Of a stretch of DNA of 51,026 nt, positions 17,951-26,415 are shown piece after piece. The notes beneath the pieces were generated by a model that made no database searches, was not told the DNA's origin, and was given only the letters and a program-made list of their open reading frames with translations. How positions within the stretch are numbered: position 1 is the first letter of the stretch; every line of letters starts with the position of its first letter. The position numbers were made by a program, and so were the translations under genes. This DNA is from an uncultured Gammaproteobacteria bacterium (GTDB taxonomy: Bacteria > Patescibacteriota > Microgenomatia > UBA12405), in assembly GCA_964405765.1 (NCBI GenBank), contig CAYOPC010000002.1, positions 1 to 51,026 on the forward strand. The letters are read 5' to 3'.

Positions 17951-17988
17951 TCCCTGCCCTGTCAAGGGAAGGGTTGGGAAGGGTTTTG
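17951..17988 (+). repeat. G+C-rich hairpin / G-run element, intergenic copy
   Basis: TCCCTGCCCTGTCAAGGGAAGGGTTGGGAAGGGTTTTG. Hairpin CCCTGCCCT-GTCA-AGGGAAGGG, then GGG runs at 17966, 17971, 17976 and 17981 (G3N2G3N2G3N2G3). Same family as 26934, 27168 and 34908. Confidence 0.8.
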
Positions 17989-17990
17989 TT

Positions 17991-18941
17991 TTAAATCCCT
18001 GACATAAACTCCTTCCAGATTAAATAAAGTTGTGTTGTCGAATAAGCGTCTCTGGCCACGTAGTCAGCAATTTTTTGGAAATCTTTTTTATCAAACAATT
18101 CATTTACGTCGCCACCATGAACTCCGGCCTCCTTAGGATTTTCTATTCCAAAGGCTTTACACAGCATTTCTAATTTAAACCCATGGTTTTGTCTGATTTT
18201 ATTTTGTAAATCAATAAATTTATCTGATCCCCACTTTTTTACTTCAAACGGCACTTTAACTCGATTGATTCCCGAGCGAATTATTAAATACGGAAAATCA
18301 AAATTGTCTCCGTTGTAAGTCACAAATAATTCATAGTCTGTAGTAATTTTCCAAAATTCTGTCAATAAATCTTTTTCTGTTTCAAATATTTTGTAAGTAT
18401 AATTTTCTTTTTCTGGAGTTAAATCTTTTTCTCCTAGTAACAATACCATTCCTTTTTTAGAACCCGGGTTATAAGCCCCAATGGCGCAAACCTTGCCAAA
18501 AATTGAATAAAGCCCGGTTTTTTTCTTAGCTTCCTCTTTGTCTTCAGTTGCTTTTTCCAAATTATTCAGCAAATAATCTTGTTCTGCTTCATCCAACTCT
18601 TCAAATTTTTTCCCCACAGTTTCAATATCAAACACCATAGTTTTAGAAATAAGGGAATATTCGTCCACTTCTTCGCTGTTTACTATCTGACAACTATCAA
18701 TTATCAAGCTAATTTGACCCTTATATTCTTGAGTTTTACCATTCACTTCAATTATTTTCCCTTGCTCTAAATTACATTGGGGGATATTATTATTCCAAAT
18801 TTTTGCCTCAATTATACCGTCTTTATTCGATAATTCCAGCTGAAAATAAACATCACCTTTGCTGGTTTGTTTATTTTCTTTCTTTAAAACTAAAAAATGC
18901 TCATCCCTGACCAGATCATTTGCCTGAAATTTTACCGCCAT
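17991..18941 (-). CDS. OB-fold domain fused to a DEDD-type 3'-5' exonuclease (PolB-exonuclease-like)
   Basis: 316 aa. The N-terminal roughly 90 aa look like an OB fold. After that come VFDIET (Exo I), YNGDNFDFPYL (Exo II) and YVARDAYSTTQL (Exo III). Confidence 0.7.
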   Translation of the reverse strand: MAVKFQANDLVRDEHFLVLKKENKQTSKGDVYFQLELSNKDGIIEAKIWNNNIPQCNLEQGKIIEVNGKTQEYKGQISLIIDSCQIVNSEEVDEYSLISKTMVFDIETVGKKFEELDEAEQDYLLNNLEKATEDKEEAKKKTGLYSIFGKVCAIGAYNPGSKKGMVLLLGEKDLTPEKENYTYKIFETEKDLLTEFWKITTDYELFVTYNGDNFDFPYLIIRSGINRVKVPFEVKKWGSDKFIDLQNKIRQNHGFKLEMLCKAFGIENPKEAGVHGGDVNELFDKKDFQKIADYVARDAYSTTQLYLIWKEFMSGI

Positions 18942-19031
18942 AGTTAATTATAAAACATTTCACCCAATTTTATTCTAATATGTTTTAAGTGTGTACTTTT
19001 TTTAGTTTTAATCTTCATCGGGTGTTATAAT

Positions 19032-19601
19032 ATGACCACTATGAATTCTGCCATATCCATAGGAGTCAGTTCCCCTCAAACCATCAACGCTATTGTTGAA
19101 ATCACCAAAGATACCCATAATAAATACGAATATGACGAAAAATTAGACATAATTAAACTTGATCGAGTTCTCCATTCTCCTATGCATTATCCAGTTGATT
19201 ACGGTTTCATCCCTCAAACCCGCTCTAAAGATGGCGACCATCTTGATGTCATGATTATTACCAATTCTCCGGTTTTCACCGGTTGTCTTATTGAGGTTAG
19301 GCCAATTGGCATTTTAATTATGTCCGATGAAAACGGTGACGATGAAAAAGTTCTGGCCGTGCCATTAAAAAATCCCAACTATGACCATGTTAAAAATCTC
19401 AAAGATGTCGAACCTCATTTCCTTAAAGAATTAGTCCATTTTTTTTCCGAATACAAGCGTCTCGAAAATAAAAATGTCACTGTCAAGGGTTGGCTCAATC
19501 GTACCGAAACTTACAAAATTATTCGGGAGTCAAATAAAGTTTATCTTAACGAAGAACATCAAAAAAACATTGAACTATCCGCTGCTCATATTCTGGAATA
19601 A
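19032..19601 (+). CDS. ppa: Inorganic pyrophosphatase, family I
   Basis: 189 aa; KYEYDEKLDIIKLDRVL...YPVDYGFIPQT...DGDHLDVMII. Confidence 0.9.
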   Translation: MTTMNSAISIGVSSPQTINAIVEITKDTHNKYEYDEKLDIIKLDRVLHSPMHYPVDYGFIPQTRSKDGDHLDVMIITNSPVFTGCLIEVRPIGILIMSDENGDDEKVLAVPLKNPNYDHVKNLKDVEPHFLKELVHFFSEYKRLENKNVTVKGWLNRTETYKIIRESNKVYLNEEHQKNIELSAAHILE

Positions 19602-19839
19602 AATATTATTCTCCCCCCAAAAAAAATCCATCACCTTGCCAGACTCAATCCTATCAACACCCTTAGGTATAAGTAATTAATATTCTAAAAATAGAATTCA
19701 ATAAAAAGAAACAAACAGCTTTGTTTTATAAATCGTTTTTGAAAATTATCAAAGAATCGGAAAGGAGGGTATCTTATTAATGCCATTTTTCTTAAAAACG
19801 AGTGGAAAAATACCAAAAAACTACCATATATGGTTTTTG

Positions 19840-19913
19840 TCGGGAATACAGGATTCGAACCTGCAACCTCATGCACCCCATGCATGCGCGCTAGCCAATT
19901 GCGCCAATCCCCG
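19840..19913 (-). tRNA. tRNA-Pro (anticodon GGG); CCA not encoded
   Basis: Hand-folded 74 nt: acceptor CGGGGAT/ATTCCCG, D arm GCGC-AATTGGCTA-GCGC, anticodon arm CATGC-ATGGGGT-GCATG (U33, GGG, G37), T arm GCAGG-TTCGAAT-CCTGT, discriminator A followed by CAAAAA. The track ORFs 19685-19885 and 19780-19962 over it are spurious. Confidence 0.85.
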
Positions 19914-19962
19914 TAGTTTTATCAAAGTGCTTATTTTATTAAAACAGAAATTGACACACTAG

Positions 19963-20053
19963 CCTCAGCCACAGGCTGATCCGCCTTTGGCGGAAATTGC
20001 CTGCCCGCAGTCCGAATGTCGGACAGCTTTTGCAGGCGGGCGCCAATCCCCGT
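19963..20053. other. G+C-rich hairpin cluster ending in a duplicate of the tRNA-Pro 5' end
   Basis: Hairpins CAGCC-ACA-GGCTG (19966-19978) and CCGCC-TTT-GGCGG (19981-19993). A nested stem GCCTGCCCGC/GCAGGCGGGC (19999-20041) encloses GTCCGA-ATG-TCGGAC (20010-20024). GCGCCAATCCCCGT at 20040-20053 repeats 19901-19914. Confidence 0.6.
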
Positions 20054-20178
20054 TGCTTGTGTATTTTACTTTTTTTATTCTTAATTTACTAGGCTTCGGT
20101 TTTTATTTGGGTTTTACTCCTTGACTTGATATAGTCTGGCTTGATATCACTATATTGTTAACTTAAAATATAATATTT

Positions 20179-21267
20179 ATGAAAAAGAAAAAAGAAATTC
20201 AAAAAGGTGCTACTGTTGGTGCTAATCAAAGTCAAAAAAATGAAGCTGTCCGTGTGGCCATGGAACAAATTACTAAAGCTTTTGGTGACGGTGCCATTAT
20301 GAAGATGGGGGCTAAACAGGCCGATATGTCCATTGAAGTTATTCCTACTGGTTGTTTACCTCTTGATATTGCTCTTGGTGTTGGCGGTTTGCCTCGCGGC
20401 CGGGTTACTGAAATTTTTGGCCCGGAAGCCTCAGGAAAAACTACTGTCTGTCTTCACGTTATTGCTGAAGCTCAAAAACTTGGTGGTACTTGTGCCTTTA
20501 TTGATGTCGAACATGCCCTTGATCCACTTCGTGCCTCCACTGTCGGTGTTAATCTTGATAATTTGCTTATTTCTCAACCGGACAATGGTGAACAGGCCTT
20601 AGAAATCGTCGAAACTCTGGTTCGCTCCAATGCGGTTGATGTCATTGTTCTCGATTCTGTTGCCGCCTTAGTTCCCAAAGCTGAAATTGAAGGTGAAATG
20701 GGGGATTCTATGATGGGTGTTCAAGCTCGTCTTATGTCTCAAGCTCTTCGCAAACTCACCGGGGCTATTTCCAAATCCAAGGCCGTGGTCATCTTCACTA
20801 ATCAAATTCGCCAAAAGATCGGCGTTATGTTTGGTAATCCCGAAACTACTCCTGGTGGTTTAGCCCTCAAATTTTATGCTTCAGTTCGGATTGATTTGCG
20901 CAAAATTGCCAACATTAAAACCTCTTCCGGCGATGCCATCGGCTCTCAACATCGCGCCCGAATTATCAAAAACAAAGTTGCTCCGCCGTTTAAGGAAGCC
21001 GAATTTGACATTATGAACACCGAAGGTATTTCTGTCTTTGGCGGTTTAGTTGATTTAGCTGTTCAGCATGGTTTAATTACCAAATCCGGCGCTTTCTTCA
21101 AAGTCGGTGATCAAAATATTCAGGGCCGTGAAGGTGCTAAAAAATTCTTCAAAGAAAATCCTAAAATTGCCCAAGATTATCGTGACAAAATTTGGGACAA
21201 AATCAAAAATGCGGCTGAATCCGGTGAAATCCAAAAGTCTGCCCAGGATTCTGCCAATGAAGAATAA
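20179..21267 (+). CDS. recA: Recombinase RecA
   Basis: 362 aa; GPEASGKTT Walker A, LDSVAAL, and other typical RecA core motifs. Confidence 0.97.
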   Translation: MKKKKEIQKGATVGANQSQKNEAVRVAMEQITKAFGDGAIMKMGAKQADMSIEVIPTGCLPLDIALGVGGLPRGRVTEIFGPEASGKTTVCLHVIAEAQKLGGTCAFIDVEHALDPLRASTVGVNLDNLLISQPDNGEQALEIVETLVRSNAVDVIVLDSVAALVPKAEIEGEMGDSMMGVQARLMSQALRKLTGAISKSKAVVIFTNQIRQKIGVMFGNPETTPGGLALKFYASVRIDLRKIANIKTSSGDAIGSQHRARIIKNKVAPPFKEAEFDIMNTEGISVFGGLVDLAVQHGLITKSGAFFKVGDQNIQGREGAKKFFKENPKIAQDYRDKIWDKIKNAAESGEIQKSAQDSANEE

Positions 21268-21908
21268 TGTTGACCATTACCAATATTAAAACTGGTCGAG
21301 TTTCTAATCAGGTTAATCTGACTTTTTCAGACAACTCATATCTTCCGTTTTTTATTGATGATGTCGTTAAACTTGGCCTTCAAAAAAACCAAACCATCGA
21401 CGGAGAAAAATTTTCTCAAATTATTTCTGCCGCCTTATTTTATTTAGGTCGGGAATATACCTTGCGGCAAGTGGCTATTTCCCCCAAAACTCAAAAAATA
21501 ATTTCTCAAAAATTAAAATTATTTTTCCAAAAAACTACCAGAAAGTATAAACATTTTATTGGTTTCAAGACCGATGAAATAATTTCTGCTATCATTAATG
21601 ATTTAAATTCCAAAAATCTTCTCAACCAGGATGATTTTGTCAAAAGTTTTCTGGCCAAAAATCGCCGTAAATCAACCAATCAAATCAAATTTCTCTTATC
21701 TCAAAAAGGGGTCGATATCTCATCTTTAAAACTGGATAAAACCAATGATATCGACTCTATTAAGCGAATTTTAGCCAAAAAAAGACCGACCAAGGAATTT
21801 TTAAAGGATTTTAAAGCCAAAAATAATTTATATGCTTCACTTTTTCGCCAAGGTTTCGATATTTCCGATATTAAGGCCGCAATTGACGATTACCTTACAT
21901 TACAGTAA
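21267..21908 (+). CDS. recX: Probable RecA regulator RecX
   Basis: 213 aa helical-repeat protein whose start overlaps the recA stop (TAATG). Called from position and composition; the sequence match is weak. Confidence 0.55.
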   Translation: MLTITNIKTGRVSNQVNLTFSDNSYLPFFIDDVVKLGLQKNQTIDGEKFSQIISAALFYLGREYTLRQVAISPKTQKIISQKLKLFFQKTTRKYKHFIGFKTDEIISAIINDLNSKNLLNQDDFVKSFLAKNRRKSTNQIKFLLSQKGVDISSLKLDKTNDIDSIKRILAKKRPTKEFLKDFKAKNNLYASLFRQGFDISDIKAAIDDYLTLQ

Positions 21909-22053
21909 AATATACTGATTTCGTTTTTATACTATTACTTATTAAATTAATTTTTTTAACTTTTTACTTAAAACACACACTTTTATGTTTTCTTGTTTTC
22001 TAATTTCCTAAAAAGGCTGCTATAGTTGTGTCGTAAAAAGTATTGGAGGTTCC

Positions 22054-23652
22054 ATGTTAGATTTTTTCTTGACCAAGGTCAAAGGTTTATTTTCTTCACC
22101 TGCACCAGCTCGAAAACCGGTTTCCAAAAAAGAAACAGTTAAGGTTACTAAGGAGGTTGTTAAAGAAACTCCGCTATCTGATAATGAAGACAAAAACCGG
22201 GTTGTCTTTAGTCCTACTAAACCTGTCGCTCAGCCGGTAACTCAATCTTCTGTTTCTAAAGAAGAAATTGATAAAGCCAACGCTCAGGCTCAAACCATTC
22301 TTCAAAACGCCAAAAAAGTTGAAGCTGATGCCAAAGTTAAAGAGGCTGAAATTTTTCAAAGATTATCATCACTTGATGAAAAAGAACGCTATTTAATTCA
22401 AAAAGAAAAATCTCTTGATCAACAATCATTAGATTTAAAAAATAAATTAACTGGTGTTGACGATCTTTATCGCAAACAACTTGATAAACTCGAAGTTATT
22501 TCCGGTCTTGATGTTGAAAAAGCCAAACAATTGGTTATTAGTAGTACCGAAAAAAGGATGTCTTCCTGGGTGGCCAAAAAAATCGACGAAGCTCGTGATA
22601 AAATTCGCCAAAAAGAAGAGGAGATTACCAAAGAAGTTATCGTCGATAATATCCGTCATGGTGTTACCGATTATGTGGCTGAATATACCGTTTCCACAAT
22701 CTCTCTAGCCGACGAAGCTGCTAAAGGGAAAATCATTGGTCGTGAAGGGCGTAATATTCGTGCTTTCGAAAAAGCTACTGGTGTCGAACTTGAACTTGAT
22801 GAAACCAATGATATCCGTATTTCTTCTTTCGACTCTACTCGTCGTGAAATTGCTCGTATCGCTCTCGAAAAATTAGTCAAAGATGGTCGGATTCAGCCCC
22901 TCAAAATTGAACAAATTGTGGCTCAAACCAAAAATGACATGGATAAAATTCTTGTTAATGAAGGTAAAAAAATGTGTCAGGAAGTTGGTGCTTTTAATTT
23001 ACCTATCGACCTTATTAAGGAAATTGGCAAATATAAATTTCGTTTTTCTTATGGCCAAAATTTAGCCAAACATACTATTGAAGCCACCAAAATTGCTGTC
23101 GGTATTGCCTACGAATTAAAAGCCGATGTTAATACTGTCCGCTTAGGTGCCTTACTTCACGATATCGGCAAAATTGTTGCCGACCAGGAAGGTACACACG
23201 TCGATTTAGGTATCGATTTACTCAGAAAATATAAAATTCCTGAAAAAGTTATTAACTGTGTTGCCGAACATCACGAAGACAAAGAATTTTCTTCAATCGA
23301 GTCAGTTATCGTTTACATTGGTGACGCTGCCTCTGGTGCTCGCCCCGGTGCTCGTTATGAAGTCCACGAAGAATATCTTAAGCGGATGAAAAATATTGAG
23401 GAGGTTGCCAACTCCTTTAATGGCGTCACTAGTGTCGCTGCTTATCAGGCCGGTAGGGAAGTTGTGGTTATTGTTGAACCTTCCCAAGTTTCTGATTCTG
23501 AAGCCGAAGTCTTAAGTCAAAATATTGCCGAAAAACTCGAAGAAGAAGCCAAATGGGCTGGTCAAATAAAAGTTACTGTTATTCGTGAACTTCGTACCAG
23601 TAGTGTTGTCACCGCTCCAAAAATCAACAAAAATGCGGTAAAAGAAGACTAA
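22054..23652 (+). CDS. rny: Ribonuclease Y
   Basis: 532 aa; coiled-coil N-terminus, KH domain (GKIIGREGRNIRAFEKATGVEL), HD domain (LHDIGK...HH). GGAGG lies 5 nt upstream of the ATG. Confidence 0.9.
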   Translation: MLDFFLTKVKGLFSSPAPARKPVSKKETVKVTKEVVKETPLSDNEDKNRVVFSPTKPVAQPVTQSSVSKEEIDKANAQAQTILQNAKKVEADAKVKEAEIFQRLSSLDEKERYLIQKEKSLDQQSLDLKNKLTGVDDLYRKQLDKLEVISGLDVEKAKQLVISSTEKRMSSWVAKKIDEARDKIRQKEEEITKEVIVDNIRHGVTDYVAEYTVSTISLADEAAKGKIIGREGRNIRAFEKATGVELELDETNDIRISSFDSTRREIARIALEKLVKDGRIQPLKIEQIVAQTKNDMDKILVNEGKKMCQEVGAFNLPIDLIKEIGKYKFRFSYGQNLAKHTIEATKIAVGIAYELKADVNTVRLGALLHDIGKIVADQEGTHVDLGIDLLRKYKIPEKVINCVAEHHEDKEFSSIESVIVYIGDAASGARPGARYEVHEEYLKRMKNIEEVANSFNGVTSVAAYQAGREVVVIVEPSQVSDSEAEVLSQNIAEKLEEEAKWAGQIKVTVIRELRTSSVVTAPKINKNAVKED

Positions 23653-23720
23653 ATTTACTTGCAATTTCGGTATTATCCGTTATTATTAAGTTAATTATTT
23701 ATTAAAACAAAATAAAACAA

Positions 23721-23993
23721 ATGACCAAAAAAGATCTCATTGAGTCAGTCTCTCAAAAGGCTAAACTCAGCAAAAAGGCTGCCAAGCAAGCTGTTGAAAC
23801 TTTCCTTTCTGAAATAATGAAAGCTCTCGCTAGCGGAGAAACTGTTAAACTTTCTGGTTTCGGTACTTTCAAAACCAAAATGTTCAAAGCTAAAACCATT
23901 AAAGCCATCGGTTCAAAAGAATCCAAAAAAATCGTGGCCCGTCGTATGCCTCGCTACATTCCTGGCACCAAGATCAAGAAATTGGTGAAGTAA
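23721..23993 (+). CDS. hup: HU/IHF-family DNA-binding protein (divergent beta-arm)
   Basis: 90 aa; MTKKDLIESVS...AVETFLSEI...VKLSGFGTFK. The arm lacks the usual R-N-P-x-T motif. Confidence 0.8.
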   Translation: MTKKDLIESVSQKAKLSKKAAKQAVETFLSEIMKALASGETVKLSGFGTFKTKMFKAKTIKAIGSKESKKIVARRMPRYIPGTKIKKLVK

Positions 23994-24045
23994 GCTTCTG
24001 GCTTACGGAATCCCGCTACTGCGGGATCAAATACATTAATCTTTA

Positions 24046-24072
24046 ACTCCCCCGTCCATCGGGGGAGTTTTT
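24046..24072 (+). terminator. Rho-independent terminator after hup
   Basis: ACTCCCCCG-TCCAT-CGGGGGAGT, a perfect 9-bp stem, followed by TTTTT. Preceded by twin small hairpins at 23992-24004 and 24010-24027. Confidence 0.8.
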
Positions 24073-24091
24073 GGTTTATACTTAGTCAACT

Positions 24092-24595
24092 GTGAAAACA
24101 AATAAACAATTTGGTCTGATTATCGGTCGTTTTCAACCACCATGTCTCCATCATTTAGAATTTATCAAAGAAGTTATTCATTCAGGTATTACAGAAATTT
24201 TAATTGGTATCGGTGATGCTGGTATTATCGATGATAAAAATTTTCTTACTGCCAACCAGGTTAAAGGATTATTGATTCCCAATTTAAATCAATTAAATTT
24301 TCCTTATCAAATTCAAATTATCCCCGATATTCATAATCCGCCCAAATACGCCGATCATGTCAAAACTTTCTTCTCATTTATTAACGAATTCAACACTTGT
24401 CTTTTTACTGACAATAATTACACATCTGACTGTTTTACAAATTATGGCCATAATTTTGAACATCTCATTCCCGCTATTCTTCCCTCCCGTGCTACCGACA
24501 TTCGTCAAATGATTCTTGCCAAAAATCCCCATTTTTCAGATTATGTTCCGGATAACGTCTTTAAATTTCTCTCCGAATTTAAGCTTAATTTATAA
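24092..24595 (+). CDS. Cytidylyltransferase-family nucleotidyltransferase (NMN adenylyltransferase-like)
   Basis: 167 aa with a GTG start. GLIIGRFQPPCLHHLEF resembles the GRFQPxHxGH nucleotidyltransferase motif. Confidence 0.6.
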   Translation: MKTNKQFGLIIGRFQPPCLHHLEFIKEVIHSGITEILIGIGDAGIIDDKNFLTANQVKGLLIPNLNQLNFPYQIQIIPDIHNPPKYADHVKTFFSFINEFNTCLFTDNNYTSDCFTNYGHNFEHLIPAILPSRATDIRQMILAKNPHFSDYVPDNVFKFLSEFKLNL

Positions 24596-24602
24596 TTAAC
24601 AC

Positions 24603-25325
24603 ATGAAATACGGCTACAGTATTATTTACGATATTCAAAAAGATATGTGGAATTGGCGCGATTCCTTAAAAAACCCGTTTTTGGGACGCAGCTGGATTAA
24701 TAATGTTAAAGATAAAAATGATTTAAAAATCGTTAAACAAATTTTAGAACTTGAAAAAAAATCAGCTGAAAAAATTCTTAAACCATATCTTTTATCTCAA
24801 AAAGAAACTCAAAATAGTAGATTAAACAATTTTCTCAAAATCATTAAAAAAGATTTTCAAAAAAAATATCAAAATGCCATTCAAGTTTTAGAAACAATTA
24901 CTCAACAGCCCATAATGTCAGATAATTTTACTTTCTATATCACTACTTTTCCCCGTTGTCCTTATTTTTATGAAAAAAGAGAAATTTTTATATACGATTC
25001 AACTGAAGATTACTGGGGTATGCCCATCGATACTTTTCTTCATGAGGTTCTTCATTTTCAATTCATTTATTACTGGTACAAAAATCCAAAATCAGCTGTT
25101 TTAAAATTAAAATATGAAGATTTTGATTATCTCAAAGAAGCCCTCACTGTAGTTTTGGACGATGAATTAAAACCAATTATTTCTCAATCAGATCAAGGTT
25201 ATCCTAGTCAAATTAAATATCGAAAATTACTTCGTCAAAATTGGCAAAAATATCATGATTTTAATAAATTAGTTGATTTCGGATTATCAAAACTAAATGA
25301 TTTTATAAAAATAAAATCTACCTAA
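24603..25325 (+). CDS. Hypothetical protein with an HExxH motif
   Basis: 240 aa. FLHEVLHFQF is a possible zinc-metallopeptidase-like site; otherwise no recognised family. Confidence 0.45.
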   Translation: MKYGYSIIYDIQKDMWNWRDSLKNPFLGRSWINNVKDKNDLKIVKQILELEKKSAEKILKPYLLSQKETQNSRLNNFLKIIKKDFQKKYQNAIQVLETITQQPIMSDNFTFYITTFPRCPYFYEKREIFIYDSTEDYWGMPIDTFLHEVLHFQFIYYWYKNPKSAVLKLKYEDFDYLKEALTVVLDDELKPIISQSDQGYPSQIKYRKLLRQNWQKYHDFNKLVDFGLSKLNDFIKIKST

Positions 25326-25344
25326 TTTTTGGTAAAATACTCTC

Positions 25345-26415
25345 ATGAAATTATCCATCGCTATCGTCGGTTTGCCTAATGTCGGCAAATCAACTCTTTT
25401 TAATGCTTTGCTGGGAAAACAAGTTGCTGATGCTAGTAATTATCCTTTTTGTACTATTGACCCTAATGTTGGCGTTGTTGAAGTCCCTGACTCTAAACTT
25501 CCGGTTTTAGCCGAAATTGTTAAAACTGACAAAATTGTTCCGGCTATCGTTGAGTTTGTTGATATTGCCGGTTTGGTCAAAGGTGCTTCTCAAGGCGAAG
25601 GTCTGGGCAACAAATTTTTAACCAACATTCGTGATTGCGATGCTATTTGTCATGTTGTTCGGGCTTTTTCCGATGAGAATATTATTAAAGAAGGTTCAGT
25701 TAACCCTCAGGGAGATTTTGAAGTTATTTGTGCCGAGTTAATTATCAAAGATTTGGAAACTATTGATAAATACATTGATGCCAACAAAAATAATGCCAAG
25801 GAAAAAATCACTAAAAAATTTATTTTGGCTCAAAAATTAAAAACCGAATTAGAGAAGGGAATTTTGGCTGTTAATTTGCAGCTTAGTGACGAAGAAAAAG
25901 AATTCTTAAAAGAATTTTTTCTGCTTACTGCCAAGCCTTATTTTATCGTCGCCAATGTCGACGAAGATACCTATCAAAATATTGCTAATTTTAATCTTAA
26001 AGTTGAAAACTTTGAATCAGTCGTTCCGGTTTGTGCCAAAATCGAATTTGATCTTTCCGAGTTAAATCCGGAAGAACGAAAAAGCTATCTCCAAGAGTTA
26101 GGTGTTTCTCAATCGGGTTTAGAAAGAGTTATCCAAAAAGCTTACGACACACTGGGTCTTCAATCTTACTACACCGCCGGTATTAAAGAAGTTCGGGCTT
26201 GGACTATCAAAAAAGGCGACACTGCTCCCCAGGCTGCTGCCGCCATTCACACCGATTTTGCCAAAGGCTTTATTATGGCTGAAGTTGTCTCCTATCAAGA
26301 TTTTGTTGCTTGTAACGGCCCTGTTGGGGCTAAAGAAGCGGGTAAACTTCGTCATGAAGGTCGTGACTATATCATGCGTCCCGACGATGTCGTCGAATTC
26401 AAAGTCAATGTCTAA
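25345..26415 (+). CDS. ychF: Ribosome-binding ATPase YchF
   Basis: 356 aa; [15 protein letters not shown]-loop, [13 protein letters not shown]-terminal TGS-like domain. Confidence 0.93.
   Translation: MKLSIAIVGLPNVGKSTLFNALLGKQVADASNYPFCTIDPNVGVVEVPDSKLPVLAEIVKTDKIVPAIVEFVDIAGLVKGASQGEGLGNKFLTNIRDCDAICHVVRAFSDENIIKEGSVNPQGDFEVICAELIIKDLETIDKYIDANKNNAKEKITKKFILAQKLKTELEKGILAVNLQLSDEEKEFLKEFFLLTAKPYFIVANVDEDTYQNIANFNLKVENFESVVPVCAKIEFDLSELNPEERKSYLQELGVSQSGLERVIQKAYDTLGLQSYYTAGIKEVRAWTIKKGDTAPQAAAAIHTDFAKGFIMAEVVSYQDFVACNGPVGAKEAGKLRHEGRDYIMRPDDVVEFKVNV

Noticed and set aside
19685-19962. Two 60-66 aa ORFs (19685-19885 minus, 19780-19962 plus), the latter preceded by AAGGAGG
   Set aside because: Both run through the tRNA-Pro gene. 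The SD-like motif is 11 nt from the ATG, and the peptide is what an antisense tRNA would produce. I treat both as spurious.
20121-20178. recA promoter or leaderless-start call (TTGACT, TTGATA and TATAAT-like hexamers upstream of ATG 20179)
   Set aside because: None of the hexamer pairs has 16-18 nt spacing, and the TATAAT ends only 4 nt before the ATG. This is too ambiguous in AT-rich sequence to report as a feature.
26258-26407. Upstream extension of the miaA ORF in the track
   Set aside because: The first 50 codons are out of frame inside ychF and hydrophobic low-complexity. The MiaA P-loop follows immediately after ATG 26408.
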